NCBI RefSeq assembly: GCF_048266585.1
Contig: NZ_JBLWZF010000014.1
Reading direction: 5' to 3' (one strand)
DNA from: Celeribacter sp.
Lineage (GTDB): Bacteria; Pseudomonadota; Alphaproteobacteria; Rhodobacterales; Rhodobacteraceae
DNA length: 64,000 bases
This document shows positions 1 through 8,625 of this stretch, one piece after another. Numbering within the stretch: position 1 is the first letter of the stretch; the number at the start of each line of letters is the position of its first letter. The position numbers and the translations under genes are program-made. Below the pieces are notes generated by a model, which was not told where the DNA came from, ran no database searches, and saw only the letters and a list, made by a program, of their open reading frames with translations.

Positions 1-905
1 TCGTCATAGACGGCGGATTGCACATAGATGCGGTTGGCGCAGACACATGTCTGGCCGTTGTTGCGGAATTTGGAAATGATCGCGCCTTCGACCGCCGCGT
101 CGAGATCGGCGTCTTCGAACACGATAAACGGCGCGTTGCCGCCCAGTTCGAGCGCGAGTTTCTTCACCGTCGGCGCACATTGGCGCATGAGTTCGACACC
201 CACTTCGGTCGAGCCGGTGAAGGTCAGCTTGCGCACCACATCGGAGCTGGTCATGACGCCGCCGATCTCCCGCGCGGAGCCGGTGAGCACGGAGAAGAGA
301 CCAGAGGGCAGGCCCGCACGTTCGGCCAGAACCGCCAAAGCGATGGCGGAGAACGGCGTTTGACCGGCGGGTTTCAACACAATGGAACAGCCCGCGGCCA
401 GCGCCGGGCCCGCCTTGCGGGTGATCATCGCGTTGGGGAAATTCCACGGCGTGATCGCGGCGACCACGCCGATGGGCTGTTTGATGACCACGATGCGCTT
501 GTCCGGCGCGTGGCCCGGAATGACGTCGCCGTAGACGCGGCGGGCTTCTTCGGCGAACCATTCGATGAAGGAGGCTCCGTAGAGAATTTCGCCCTTGGCC
601 TCAGACAGAGGTTTGCCCTGTTCGAGGGTCAGGATTTCCGCCAGATCGTCGGCGTTTTCCACCATAAGATCGTACCAGCGGCGCAGCACGGTGGCGCGCT
701 CTTTCGCGGTTTTGGCAGCCCAGTCTTTTTGTGCCGTTTCAGCGGCGGCAATGGCGGCTTCGGTCTCTTTCGCGCCCAGACGCGGCACACGACCGATCAC
801 CTCGCCCGTGGCCGGATTGGTCACTTTGATCCCGTCATCGCCAGCGGCGATCCACTCGGCGCCCACAAGGGCGGCCTCTTTCATCAGTGTCGGGTCTTTG
901 AGCAT
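1..905 (-). CDS. gabD: succinate-semialdehyde dehydrogenase, C-terminal part lies beyond window start
   Basis: My own minus-strand translation from the ATG at 905 reads MLKDPTLMKEAALVGAEWIAAGDDGIKVTNPATGEVIGRVPR... Near position 1 it reads ...FRNNGQTCVCANRIYVQ, the ALDH catalytic Cys motif. The frame runs off the window, so it is missing from the ORF track. The + ORFs 18..938 and 28..363 are antisense shadows. Confidence 0.85.
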   Translation of the reverse strand, partial: MLKDPTLMKEAALVGAEWIAAGDDGIKVTNPATGEVIGRVPRLGAKETEAAIAAAETAQKDWAAKTAKERATVLRRWYDLMVENADDLAEILTLEQGKPLSEAKGEILYGASFIEWFAEEARRVYGDVIPGHAPDKRIVVIKQPIGVVAAITPWNFPNAMITRKAGPALAAGCSIVLKPAGQTPFSAIALAVLAERAGLPSGLFSVLTGSAREIGGVMTSSDVVRKLTFTGSTEVGVELMRQCAPTVKKLALELGGNAPFIVFEDADLDAAVEGAIISKFRNNGQTCVCANRIYVQSAVYD

Positions 906-980
906 GGGGATGTCCTCGAAACAGGTCTTTTAGAGTGAGGGACAGGCACGCATGCGCCTGTCCCGGAGGTGTGATGTCAC

Positions 981-1961
981 TTACGGAGCGATGATCGGGG
1001 AGGCCGCGAGCGTGCTTTCCTGCGGCGCGATGCCTTTGAAGGTGGAGCCATGCTCGAACCAGCTGCGCGGTGCGGGCGCGCCCCAAAGCGTCTGACGCTG
1101 CGGGTCCTTGAGGTCCCATTTGATCGCTTCGAGATCCGGGTCGACGGTCTGGTAGTCGGAGCAATAGATCTCGATCCGGTGACCATCGGGGTCCAGAATG
1201 TAGAGGAAGAAGGCGTTGGAGATGCCGTGACGGCCCGGACCGCGCTCGATGTTGGTGACGTAACCGGTGGTGGCCATCAGGTCGCACAGATCGATGATGT
1301 TCAAAGGTGTCGGCACCCAGAACGCGGTGTGGTGCAGGCGCGGGCCCAGACCGTTGGTGAAGGCGATGTCATGCACGCCGCCCTTGCGGTGGGTCCATGC
1401 GGCCCAAAGCTTGCCGCTCTCTTCGTCCTCGGTGTACTCGGTGACGCGGAAGCCAAGTTCGTTGTAGAAGGCAACGCTTTCGTCCACGGAGGGCGAGTAG
1501 CAGTTGAAGTGGTCGATGCGCAGGGGCTTCACGCCTTTATAGAGCTCGTATTTCTGGTGGATCGGCGAGAGGCGGTCCATTTTGAAATAGAATTCAATCG
1601 GCATGCCGTAGTTGTCGACGGTCGCCAAAGTGCGGCCCTGATAGGGGCGCTCGACCCACTCGGTGGCGTGGCCTTTGGATTTGAACCACGCTTCGGCCTT
1701 GTCCAGCTCTTCTTCGGAGAAGACCTTGAAGGACAGGGATTTCACTTCGCTGACGTCGGATTTCTGCAGCACCATGCAGTGGTGGCCACGCTCTTCGAGG
1801 GCGCGCATGTAGACGGTGTCGGCGGTCTCGTCGGTGACCTGAAGGCCGAGGATGTCGACGTAGAATTTACGCGACGCGGCAACGTCTTTGACGCCGAACA
1901 CAACGTGGCTCAGGCGGATGATGTTGAACGGGGGATAGAGATTTGGGGCCGGGATGGGCAT
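981..1961 (-). CDS. hpaD: 3,4-dihydroxyphenylacetate (homoprotocatechuate) 2,3-dioxygenase, VOC-type extradiol dioxygenase
   Basis: ORF 981..2021. The likely start is the internal ATG at 1961 (MPIPAPNLYPPFNIIRLSHVVFGVKD...), preceded by a GAGAG-rich RBS. It has two VOC/glyoxalase-like repeats and sits between hpaE and gabD. Confidence 0.8.
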   Translation of the reverse strand: MPIPAPNLYPPFNIIRLSHVVFGVKDVAASRKFYVDILGLQVTDETADTVYMRALEERGHHCMVLQKSDVSEVKSLSFKVFSEEELDKAEAWFKSKGHATEWVERPYQGRTLATVDNYGMPIEFYFKMDRLSPIHQKYELYKGVKPLRIDHFNCYSPSVDESVAFYNELGFRVTEYTEDEESGKLWAAWTHRKGGVHDIAFTNGLGPRLHHTAFWVPTPLNIIDLCDLMATTGYVTNIERGPGRHGISNAFFLYILDPDGHRIEIYCSDYQTVDPDLEAIKWDLKDPQRQTLWGAPAPRSWFEHGSTFKGIAPQESTLAASPIIAP

Positions 1962-2045
1962 GTCTCTCACTCTCTTCTTTTGTGCGATTGGTGTTTTGTG
2001 GGGGAGGCAGCGCCAAGCCACCTCCCCATGTTTGGTTTCGGCGCG

Positions 2046-3557
2046 TCAGCCGCCGAGTTTCGGCACCTTGTGGTATTGACGCGGGAAGGACACGTTGACC
2101 GTTTCCATGTAGAAGTCGAACGACCAGTCGCCACCGTCGCGGCCGATGCCGGAGGCTTTGACGCCACCGAAGGGCGAGGGCAGGTGACGGATGTTTTCCG
2201 AGTTCACCCACATCATGCCGGCTTCGAGGTTGTCGGTCATGTACATGGCGCGGTTCAGGTCGTTGGTCCACAGGTAGGCGGCCAGACCGTATTCCACATC
2301 ATTGGCCAGTTTCAGCGCGTCTTCGTCATCCTTGAACGGGATGGCGGTCAGCACCGGGCCAAAGATCTCTTCCTGCGCGATGTCCATGTCGTTGGTCGCG
2401 TTGGTGAAGAGCGTCGGGCGCACGAAACAGCCCTCTTCGCCCACCTTCTCACCACCGGCGGCGATGGTCGCACCGGAGGCTTTGGCTTTGTCGAAATAGG
2501 ACAGAACCTTGGTCTCGTGTTCCGGGTGGATCAGCGGGCCGACCACGGTTTCCGGGTCGAGCGGGTGACCGACCTTGATGCGGCTGGCAACATCAGCGAG
2601 TTTGTTGGTGAACTCTTCGTAGATGTTCTCCTGCACGAGCACGCGCGAGGACGAGGTGCAGCGCTCGCCATTGAGCGAGTAGATCATGAAGGCGGCGGCA
2701 TCGACCGCGCGCTCCATGTCGGCGTCGTCGAACACGATGACCGGGTTTTTGCCGCCCAGCTCAAGGTGGAAGCGCTTCAGCGTGTCGGCACCCTGTTTCA
2801 TGATCATCGAGCCAGTGCGGCTTTCGCCCACAAAGGCAACCGCTTTGATATCTTTGTGCTCGGTCAGGGCCTTGCCGGCGTCTTCGCCGAACCCGTTCAC
2901 GAGGTTCAGAACACCTTTCGGCAGACCGGCCTCTTCGGCGATCTCAACGAGAAGTTTCGCGGTCATCGGCGAGAATTCGGCGGGTTTGTGCACGACGGTA
3001 CAACCGGCGGCCAGAGCGGGCGCGATTTTCCAGGTCGACAGCATGAAGGGCGTGTTCCACGGCGTGATCACACCGATCGGACCGATGGGGCGACGCGAGG
3101 TCACGTTCATCTGGTTCGGGTTGCGCAGCGCCAGACCGTCTTCGGCGGTCGGGGCCTGATCCGCGAAAAAGCGGAAGTTGGCGGCACCACGGATCGCGGC
3201 TTTGGACATGAAACGCAGCGCTTGGCCGGTGTCCATGCATTCGGTGAAAGCGATCTCTTCGGCGCGGGCTTCGATGCCTTCGGCGACTTTGATCAGGATG
3301 GCGCGGCGCTCTTTGCCCGGCATTTTGGACCAGGTTTTGAAGGCTTCTTTTGCGCTCGCGACGGCGGCGTCGATGTCGCTTTCGTCACCCTTGGCCACAG
3401 TGGCCAGCACCTTGCCATCGACCGGCGAGGTGGTTTCAAAAACCTTGCCGGATTTGGCGGGCAGGCTTTCGCCGCCGATGTGGTTCAGAACGCCGGTTTC
3501 GGCGAATTTGGCCATATAGGCCTTGGCTTTGGATAGGTTCTCTTCGAGAGCGCTCAT
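2046..3557 (-). CDS. hpaE: 5-carboxymethyl-2-hydroxymuconate semialdehyde dehydrogenase (ALDH family)
   Basis: 503 aa ALDH-family ORF (ITPWNTPFML, ELGGKNP, GERCTSSSR). It is flanked by the hpaD and hpaF homologues. Confidence 0.8.
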   Translation of the reverse strand: MSALEENLSKAKAYMAKFAETGVLNHIGGESLPAKSGKVFETTSPVDGKVLATVAKGDESDIDAAVASAKEAFKTWSKMPGKERRAILIKVAEGIEARAEEIAFTECMDTGQALRFMSKAAIRGAANFRFFADQAPTAEDGLALRNPNQMNVTSRRPIGPIGVITPWNTPFMLSTWKIAPALAAGCTVVHKPAEFSPMTAKLLVEIAEEAGLPKGVLNLVNGFGEDAGKALTEHKDIKAVAFVGESRTGSMIMKQGADTLKRFHLELGGKNPVIVFDDADMERAVDAAAFMIYSLNGERCTSSSRVLVQENIYEEFTNKLADVASRIKVGHPLDPETVVGPLIHPEHETKVLSYFDKAKASGATIAAGGEKVGEEGCFVRPTLFTNATNDMDIAQEEIFGPVLTAIPFKDDEDALKLANDVEYGLAAYLWTNDLNRAMYMTDNLEAGMMWVNSENIRHLPSPFGGVKASGIGRDGGDWSFDFYMETVNVSFPRQYHKVPKLGG

Positions 3558-3567
3558 CGTCTTTCCT

Positions 3568-3957
3568 TCAGCTTTTGCCCGACAGGCGGGCGTGAATGGG
3601 GGTGTCTTTCCAGCTCAGCTCCGGGTTGATTTCCCGGATCTCAAGCGAGAGGGCGAAATGAGGGGTGGAGAGCGGGCTTTTGAGCGCCTCTTGCACGGCG
3701 GCAAAGATCATGTCGCCTGCCTCTTTGAGCGCTTCGGTCGACCGGCCTGCGCCCACCGAGAGGGTCAGTGCGGCAAAGTCGTTGTCCGGCAAAGCGTCGC
3801 CCACGATGGCCACGTCGGCCTTGTGGGCGCGGACGCGAATCCCGGCTTTCGGAAAAATTCCGGCGGTGAGCATGGCCTCATAGGCTTTTTCACAAACGCC
3901 TTTAATATCAGCACGCGCCTCAAGGCCCGCCGAATATTCAATCGCTAGATGCGGCAC
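3568..3957 (-). CDS. hpaF: 5-carboxymethyl-2-hydroxymuconate isomerase (tautomerase superfamily)
   Basis: 129 aa ORF starting MPHLAIEYSAGLE, with an N-terminal Pro after Met as in HpcD/HpaF-type isomerases. The hpa cluster context supports the call. Confidence 0.75.
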   Translation of the reverse strand: MPHLAIEYSAGLEARADIKGVCEKAYEAMLTAGIFPKAGIRVRAHKADVAIVGDALPDNDFAALTLSVGAGRSTEALKEAGDMIFAAVQEALKSPLSTPHFALSLEIREINPELSWKDTPIHARLSGKS

Positions 3958-3981
3958 GATTCTCTCTCCCTTACTTGTTGC

Positions 3982-3993
3982 TTAACATGTTAA
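3982..3993. promoter_or_regulatory. perfect 12-bp palindrome TTAACATGTTAA in the hpaF/hpaR divergent intergenic region (candidate MarR/HpaR operator)
   Basis: Read directly from the sequence. It lies between divergent starts at 3957 (-) and 4062 (+). MarR-family operators are typically short palindromes. Confidence 0.4.
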
Positions 3994-4061
3994 ATGTAAT
4001 TCTGCTTGTCAACCCGCCCACAATCTCCGATGGGAAAAGATAACAGGGAGAATAGAGACCG

Positions 4062-4532
4062 ATGGCGCCAAATACGCATTCTGAAACGCATAAAGACGGG
4101 TTTGGACTGGCGCGCACGCACCGCACGTTGCCGATTGCGCTGTTGCGCGCCCGCGAAGTTGTGATGGAGCGCTTCCGCCCCATGCTGGCCGCCAATGACG
4201 TCACTGAACAGCAATGGCGCGTCATGCGGGTGCTCGAAGAGGCTGGGGAGACGGACGCCAGTTTCTTGGCGAACAAGGCCTGTATCCTCGCGCCTTCGCT
4301 CACCCGGATCATGCGCACGCTGGAGGCGCGTGGCTTTCTTCAGGCGCATCGCGATGAGGCGGACGGGCGGCGGATGCTGGTCGGGCTGACCGAGGAAGGA
4401 CGCTGTTTCATCCGTGAGTTGGCGCCGCAAAGCGCGCAGATTTATGCGGAAATCGAAGACAAAATTGGTGCCCAGAACATCGAGAATCTGCTGGATCAGA
4501 TCGAGCATCTGCTGCAGTCGCTCGAGCCCTGA
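4062..4532 (+). CDS. hpaR: MarR-family transcriptional regulator, homoprotocatechuate operon repressor-like
   Basis: 156 aa with a winged-helix MarR pattern (LTEQQWRVMRVLEEAGETDASFLANKACILAPSLTRIMRTLEARGFL). It is divergent from the hpa catabolic genes. Confidence 0.75.
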   Translation: MAPNTHSETHKDGFGLARTHRTLPIALLRAREVVMERFRPMLAANDVTEQQWRVMRVLEEAGETDASFLANKACILAPSLTRIMRTLEARGFLQAHRDEADGRRMLVGLTEEGRCFIRELAPQSAQIYAEIEDKIGAQNIENLLDQIEHLLQSLEP

Positions 4533-4641
4533 GTGAGGCCGGTTTCACGTTACTTCTATGCTTTAAGTGTTTTGTTTAACGCATTGTATAAACTTTCTTA
4601 AGTTGAGGAGGGGTGCGGTTTCAAAATAGGCCCGCACCCGC

Positions 4642-4878
4642 TCAGTGTCGCGGAACCAGATGTACATCGCTCAGAAACCCGTCCTCATCGCCCAAAGCAT
4701 CGGCGAAGCTCGGCGTGGCGACGGCCTGTCTCATCGCCTCCAGACTGTCGAAATGCAGCTCGGACATGCCATCAAGGTCCCAAGGCCCGCGGGCATGCGA
4801 AATGCCGAATTGCTCTTTGTCCACGATGCGGTTTTGCCAAGAGTTGCGCAGGCCTGGCATCTTCGCCGCGAGCGATCC
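4642..4878 (-). pseudogene. EthD-domain protein fragment (5'-truncated)
   Basis: The C-terminal part of ORF 4642..5142 reads LAAKMPGLRNSWQNRIV...PWDLDGMSELHFDSLEAMRQAVATPSFADALGDEDGFLSD, which resembles the EthD family. The upstream part of that frame looks like non-coding read-through. Confidence 0.45.
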
Positions 4879-5296
4879 GCATCCGCCCTGCGCGGTCTGT
4901 GCCATAGACGTCGTCGCGGGTGTTGCCGATGGGCGAAAGAAAACTCGCCACCAGATAACCATGGCCGTAATGCAGCTCGACCACATCCACCCCGGCAGCA
5001 TCGGCGCGCCGCGCGGCGTCGACATGTTGCTGACGGATTTTGGCGATCTCCTCGATGCTGAATTCCTCCGGCGTGCTCCATTCGGAACTCGCGGCGATGG
5101 CACTGGGGCCCACACGACGCCAGTCGATGCCGGCGGCGTCAATCTCGGCTGGGGTCATGGCTTGGCCGCCATGCCAGAGCGGCTGCGAAAAGGCTTTGCG
5201 CCCGGAAGGCGCGAGATGCACGCCCATCATGCCGTCATCTGGATCAGCACAAAGGGGATCACGCCGCGATTGGTTCTCCCCACTGACGTGGTCCAC
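4879..5296 (-). pseudogene. Old Yellow Enzyme / NADH:flavin oxidoreductase fragment (both ends missing)
   Basis: ORF 4772..5296 contains GVHLAPSGRKA ... EEIAKIRQQHVDAARRADAAGVDVVELHYGHGYLVASFLSPIGNTRDDVYG, which matches the central OYE barrel region only. There is no N-terminal FMN-binding part and no C-terminal part. It abuts an IS fragment. Confidence 0.6.
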
Positions 5297-5304
5297 CGTA
5301 ATAT

Positions 5305-5457
5305 TTAGCTGTTCAGTCCCGGCATCTGGCGGATCGGATTTAGGATGAATCGCTCTGGCTCTGATGTCCAGATTTTGCAGATGTATTCGTATGGCGTGAG
5401 GCCGCTGAGCGTTTTGAGACGGCGTGCGACGTTGTAGGCGTCCAAGAAGTCGGCAGG
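5305..5457 (-). mobile_element. C-terminal fragment of a DDE transposase (IS481-like)
   Basis: My own minus-strand translation gives ADFLDAYNVARRLKTLSGLTPYEYICKIWTSEPERFILNPIRQMPGLNS-stop. This is the conserved tail of IS481/IS3-superfamily transposases. No catalytic core is present. Confidence 0.6.
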
Positions 5458-6307
5458 TTGAAGTGCTTGTCGGTCAAGGTACAGCGCGTGTGGATGCGAT
5501 CCGACAGGTTCGCATTACCGAACAGACCTATTACCGCTGGCGCAAGCAATATGGTAGGATGGGATCCGACCAACGGAAGGAGCCCAAACGCCTTCAGAAA
5601 GAGAATGAGCGGCTGAGGAAAGTTGTCTCTGATCTGACCTTGGATAAGCTCATCCTCACTGAGGCCGCCCGGGGAGTGAAAGCCGTCATGGAAACGGTCT
5701 GGGGGACCGTTTCAGGCTTGAACGGGCGGAGCCCCTGAGCCCCGCCCGTCGCCGAGCTTGCATCGATCATGACCAAACAAAGTTCCGCCTGTCCGAGCGA
5801 CGCACTTGTCGTGTCCTCGGGCAGCATCGCTCGACACAGAGGAAGGCTCCTCAAGGTCGAGCCGATGAGGATCGGTTGGTCGCAGACATGATCGAACTGA
5901 CCCGCCAGTACGGCCGCTACGGCTACCGTCGCATCGCGGCCCTGCTGAGAGAAGCAGGCAGGGAGGTGAACGATAAGCGGGTGGAACGGCTATGGCGACG
6001 TGAAGGGCTGAATGACGGCTCTTGTGTCCATCTCAGGCCCCGAGCATCGCAACCATGTCTGGAGCTATGCACGTGCCCGTCAGGCGATGCCTGCATCGCT
6101 GAGAGGGACTTCGTTCATTGCCGGACGGAGGACGGAAAGGCTTTCCGTACGCTTCACCTTGATGAGCACAGCCGAGAGTGCATGGCCACCAATGTGAAGC
6201 GTCGGTTGACCTCGGGAGATATCATTGATGCATTGAGCGACCTGTTCATCCTGCGCGGCGTACCGTCGTTCATACGCTCCGAGTTGCCCATTGAAGGCGC
6301 CGTTTGA
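5458..6307 (+). mobile_element. IS3-family insertion sequence remnant (orfA fragment plus degraded orfB)
   Basis: The orfA-like part reads ...ITEQTYYRWRKQYGRMGSDQRKEPKRLQKENERLRKVVSDLTLDKLILTEAARG. The orfB-like part reads LSPARRRACIDH..., DRLVADMIELTRQYGRYGYRRIAALLREAGREVNDKRVERLWRREGL, ...RTEDGKAFRTLHLDEHSRE...FILRGVPSFIRS. Frames are broken, there are internal deletions, and the DDE core is missing. Confidence 0.7.
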
Positions 6308-6380
6308 TGGTGTGGATGGCCCCATCAAACGGCATCGCAATGTGCCAAGGTGGGTTTTACAGTCACCGAAGGCGTCATCT

Positions 6381-6850
6381 ATGCAACAGCCTATCGCGAT
6401 CGGCCTTGATCTGGCCAAGAATGCCTTTCAGGGTCATGGCGTCAGCGCGCATGGGACCGTGGTGTGCCGTCGCCAGTTGCGGCGGGCACAGCTTCTGATG
6501 TTTTTCTCGCGACTGGAGTCTTGTCTGGTTGGAATGGAAGCGTGCGCCGGCGCGCATCATTGAGGGCGGGAGATCGTCGCGTTGGGGCATGAGGTTCGTC
6601 TTATGCCGCCAGCTTACGTCAAGCCTGACGTGAATCGGGGCAAGACAGATGCGGTCGAGGCGGAAGGCATTCGAGACACATCGAGCGTCTGATCGCCGCC
6701 GCTCGGAACGTGCCGGACGCCGCACGAGCGGCCGTGGATCTACTGGCTGAACAGCTTCAGGAGACGCAGAACCGGTTCGATGCGGTCACGGCACGGATTG
6801 CTGAGAGCCAGGCCGATGATCCGTTGGCACGGCGTTTGGCAACGGTGCCC
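6381..6850 (+). mobile_element. IS110-family transposase remnant (in-frame stop, frameshift, internal deletion, 3'-truncated)
   Basis: The fragment reads MQQPIAIGLDLAKNAFQGHGVSAHGTVVCRRQLRRAQLLMFFSRLESCLVGMEACAGAHH-stop. It continues in another frame as GREIVALGHEVRLMPPAYVKPDVNRGKTDAVEAEGI, then later as AARAAVDLLAEQLQETQNRFDAVTARIAESQADDPLARRLATVP. Confidence 0.7.
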
Positions 6851-6855
6851 ATGCC

Positions 6856-7563
6856 GATTTCCTCGCCGCCTGCTACCGTCTGGCGGCGCTCTACAAGTTT
6901 ACTGATCTGATCTACACCCATATCACCGCCCGCGTGCCGGGAGAGGATGGGCATTTCCTGATCAACCCCTACGGATGGCGGTGGGAAGAGATCACCGCAT
7001 CCTCTCTGGTTAAGATTGACGTCGAGGGCAACAAGGTGGACGACAGCCCTTACCGGGTAAATCCGGCGGGATTTACCATTCATTCTGCGGTCCATATGAA
7101 CCGCCACGACGCCGCCTGGATCATGCACACGCACACCCGCGCAGGCGTGGCGGTGTCTTGCATGGAGGAGGGGCTTTTGCCGCTCAACCAGATCTCGCTG
7201 CAATTCCATAATCGCATCGGCTACCACGATTTCGAAGGCATCGCGCTCGATCTCGAGGAACGCAAGCGCATCGTCGCCGATATGGGAATGCATCCGGTCC
7301 TGATGCTGCGCAACCACGGGCTGATCGCCACGGGGCGAAGTGCGGCTGAGATGTTCAACAACATGTTCTACTTCGAGCGCGCCTGCGAAATTCAGGTGAC
7401 GGCGCCCTTGACCGGCCAGCCGCTGCGTTTGATCGGTGATGAGGTTGCCGGACGGGTGCATGAGCAATACATCCAGATGAATGAGGAAGACGGCGATCTG
7501 GAACTGGAATGGCAGGCGCATCTGCGCTCCATCGACGGGATCGGCGCCGACTATCGAAGCTAA
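6856..7563 (+). pseudogene. class II aldolase/adducin-family protein, 5'-truncated at the IS110 remnant
   Basis: The track ORF 6934..7563 starts at a GTG. The same frame is open and homologous from about 6856 (DFLAACYRLAALYKFTDLIYTHITARVPGEDGHFLINPYG...), with stops at 6802 and 6817 and no upstream start. About 25 N-terminal residues are missing. Residual expression from the GTG at 6934 cannot be excluded. Confidence 0.6.
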
Positions 7564-7578
7564 AACGAAAGGCAGCCC

Positions 7579-8586
7579 ATGAAACAAATCACGCTCAAAG
7601 CCCCCGGCGGGCTCGACAATCTTGTGGTTGAGGACGCGGCGGAGCCCGCGGCACCGGGGCCGGGAGAGATCACCGTGCGGCTGCGCGCCAGCTCGCTCAA
7701 TTTCCACGACTACCGGGTCTGTGCCGTAGAGGGCGCCTTGCCCGACGGGCGTATCCCGATGGCGGATGGCGCGGGCGAGGTGGAGGCCGTGGGCAAAGGC
7801 GTGAGCGTGTTTCGCCCCGGCGATGCCGTTGTGTCGTGCTTTTTCCCGGACTGGCAAGAGGGCGATGATCGGCCCTTCGATTTCTCCACCACGCCGGGCG
7901 ACGGGCGCGACGGTTACGCCCGCGAGCGCGTGACCTTGCCCGCCAATTGGTTCACCCCTGCGCCCAAAGGGTGGACTGCGGCCGAGGCCGCGACGATCAC
8001 CACCGCCGGGTTGACCGCCTGGCGTGCTTTGGTGGTCGATGCCGGGCTCAAGGCCGGGGATACGGTGGCGGTTCTCGGCACCGGCGGCGTGTCGATCTAT
8101 GCGCTGCAACTGGCCAAGGCGATGGGGGCGCGGGTGATTGCCACGTCCTCCTCGGATGAGAAGCTCGAACGTCTGCGCGCGTTGGGGGCCGATCACGTCA
8201 TCAACTATCGCACGACGCCCGAGTGGGGCATGGAGATGCGCCAACTCACAGGCGGGCGCGGGGTCGATATCGTGGTCGAGGTCGGTGGCCCTGCGACGCT
8301 CACGCAATCCATCGTGGCCGGGCGTCCCGGCGCGCATATCGCGCTGATTGGTGTGCTGACCGGACGGGCAGGCGAAGTGCCCACGGCGGCGCTGATGGCG
8401 CGGCAACAGCGGCTTCAGGGGCTGATCGTCGGCTCGCGCCAGCATCAACTCGATTTCGTCAAGGCGCTCGAGGTGCTAAACATCCGCCCGGTGATCGACC
8501 GGACATATCCGCTCTCAGAGCTTGCACAGGCTTTCCGCTATCAGGAAAGCGGCGCGCATTTTGGCAAGATTTGCGCCGAGATGTGA
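7579..8586 (+). CDS. zinc-type alcohol dehydrogenase / NADPH:quinone oxidoreductase family (MDR) protein
   Basis: 335 aa with a GroES-like N-terminus (ITVRLRASSLNFHDY, GAGEVEAVGKGV) and a Rossmann motif (VLGTGGVSIYALQLAKAMGARVIAT). Confidence 0.8.
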   Translation: MKQITLKAPGGLDNLVVEDAAEPAAPGPGEITVRLRASSLNFHDYRVCAVEGALPDGRIPMADGAGEVEAVGKGVSVFRPGDAVVSCFFPDWQEGDDRPFDFSTTPGDGRDGYARERVTLPANWFTPAPKGWTAAEAATITTAGLTAWRALVVDAGLKAGDTVAVLGTGGVSIYALQLAKAMGARVIATSSSDEKLERLRALGADHVINYRTTPEWGMEMRQLTGGRGVDIVVEVGGPATLTQSIVAGRPGAHIALIGVLTGRAGEVPTAALMARQQRLQGLIVGSRQHQLDFVKALEVLNIRPVIDRTYPLSELAQAFRYQESGAHFGKICAEM

Positions 8587-8618
8587 GGCTTTGATGCGGC
8601 TTTGATGCGGCTTTGATC
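8587..8618. repeat. 11-bp tandem repeat GGCTTTGATGC, about 2.9 copies
   Basis: Read directly from the sequence. It begins immediately after the stop codon of the oxidoreductase gene. Confidence 0.9.
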
Positions 8619-8625
8619 TTGTGCG

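Noticed and set aside
1050-3536. Very long ORFs antisense to clearly homologous genes. Examples: 1050..3536 +, 6757..8448 -, 11332..13038 +, 24274..25971 -, 28363..29772 -, 32379..34382 -, 38939..41959 -, 42744..44840 +, 50749..52113 +, 55883..57184 -.
   Set aside because: Their translations are Arg/Gly/Ala/His-rich low-information sequences with no motifs. The opposite strand encodes unmistakable proteins (ALDH, CyoB, SBP, GH13, IMPDH, AlaRS, TypA, IDH, L13/S9). These are the typical stop-codon-poor shadow frames of a high-GC genome.
4550-4612. CtrA-type site in the AT-rich spacer after hpaR (TTAAGTGTTTTGTTTAAC)
   Set aside because: The spacing between TTAA and TTAAC is 9 nt, not 7, so it does not fit the CtrA consensus.
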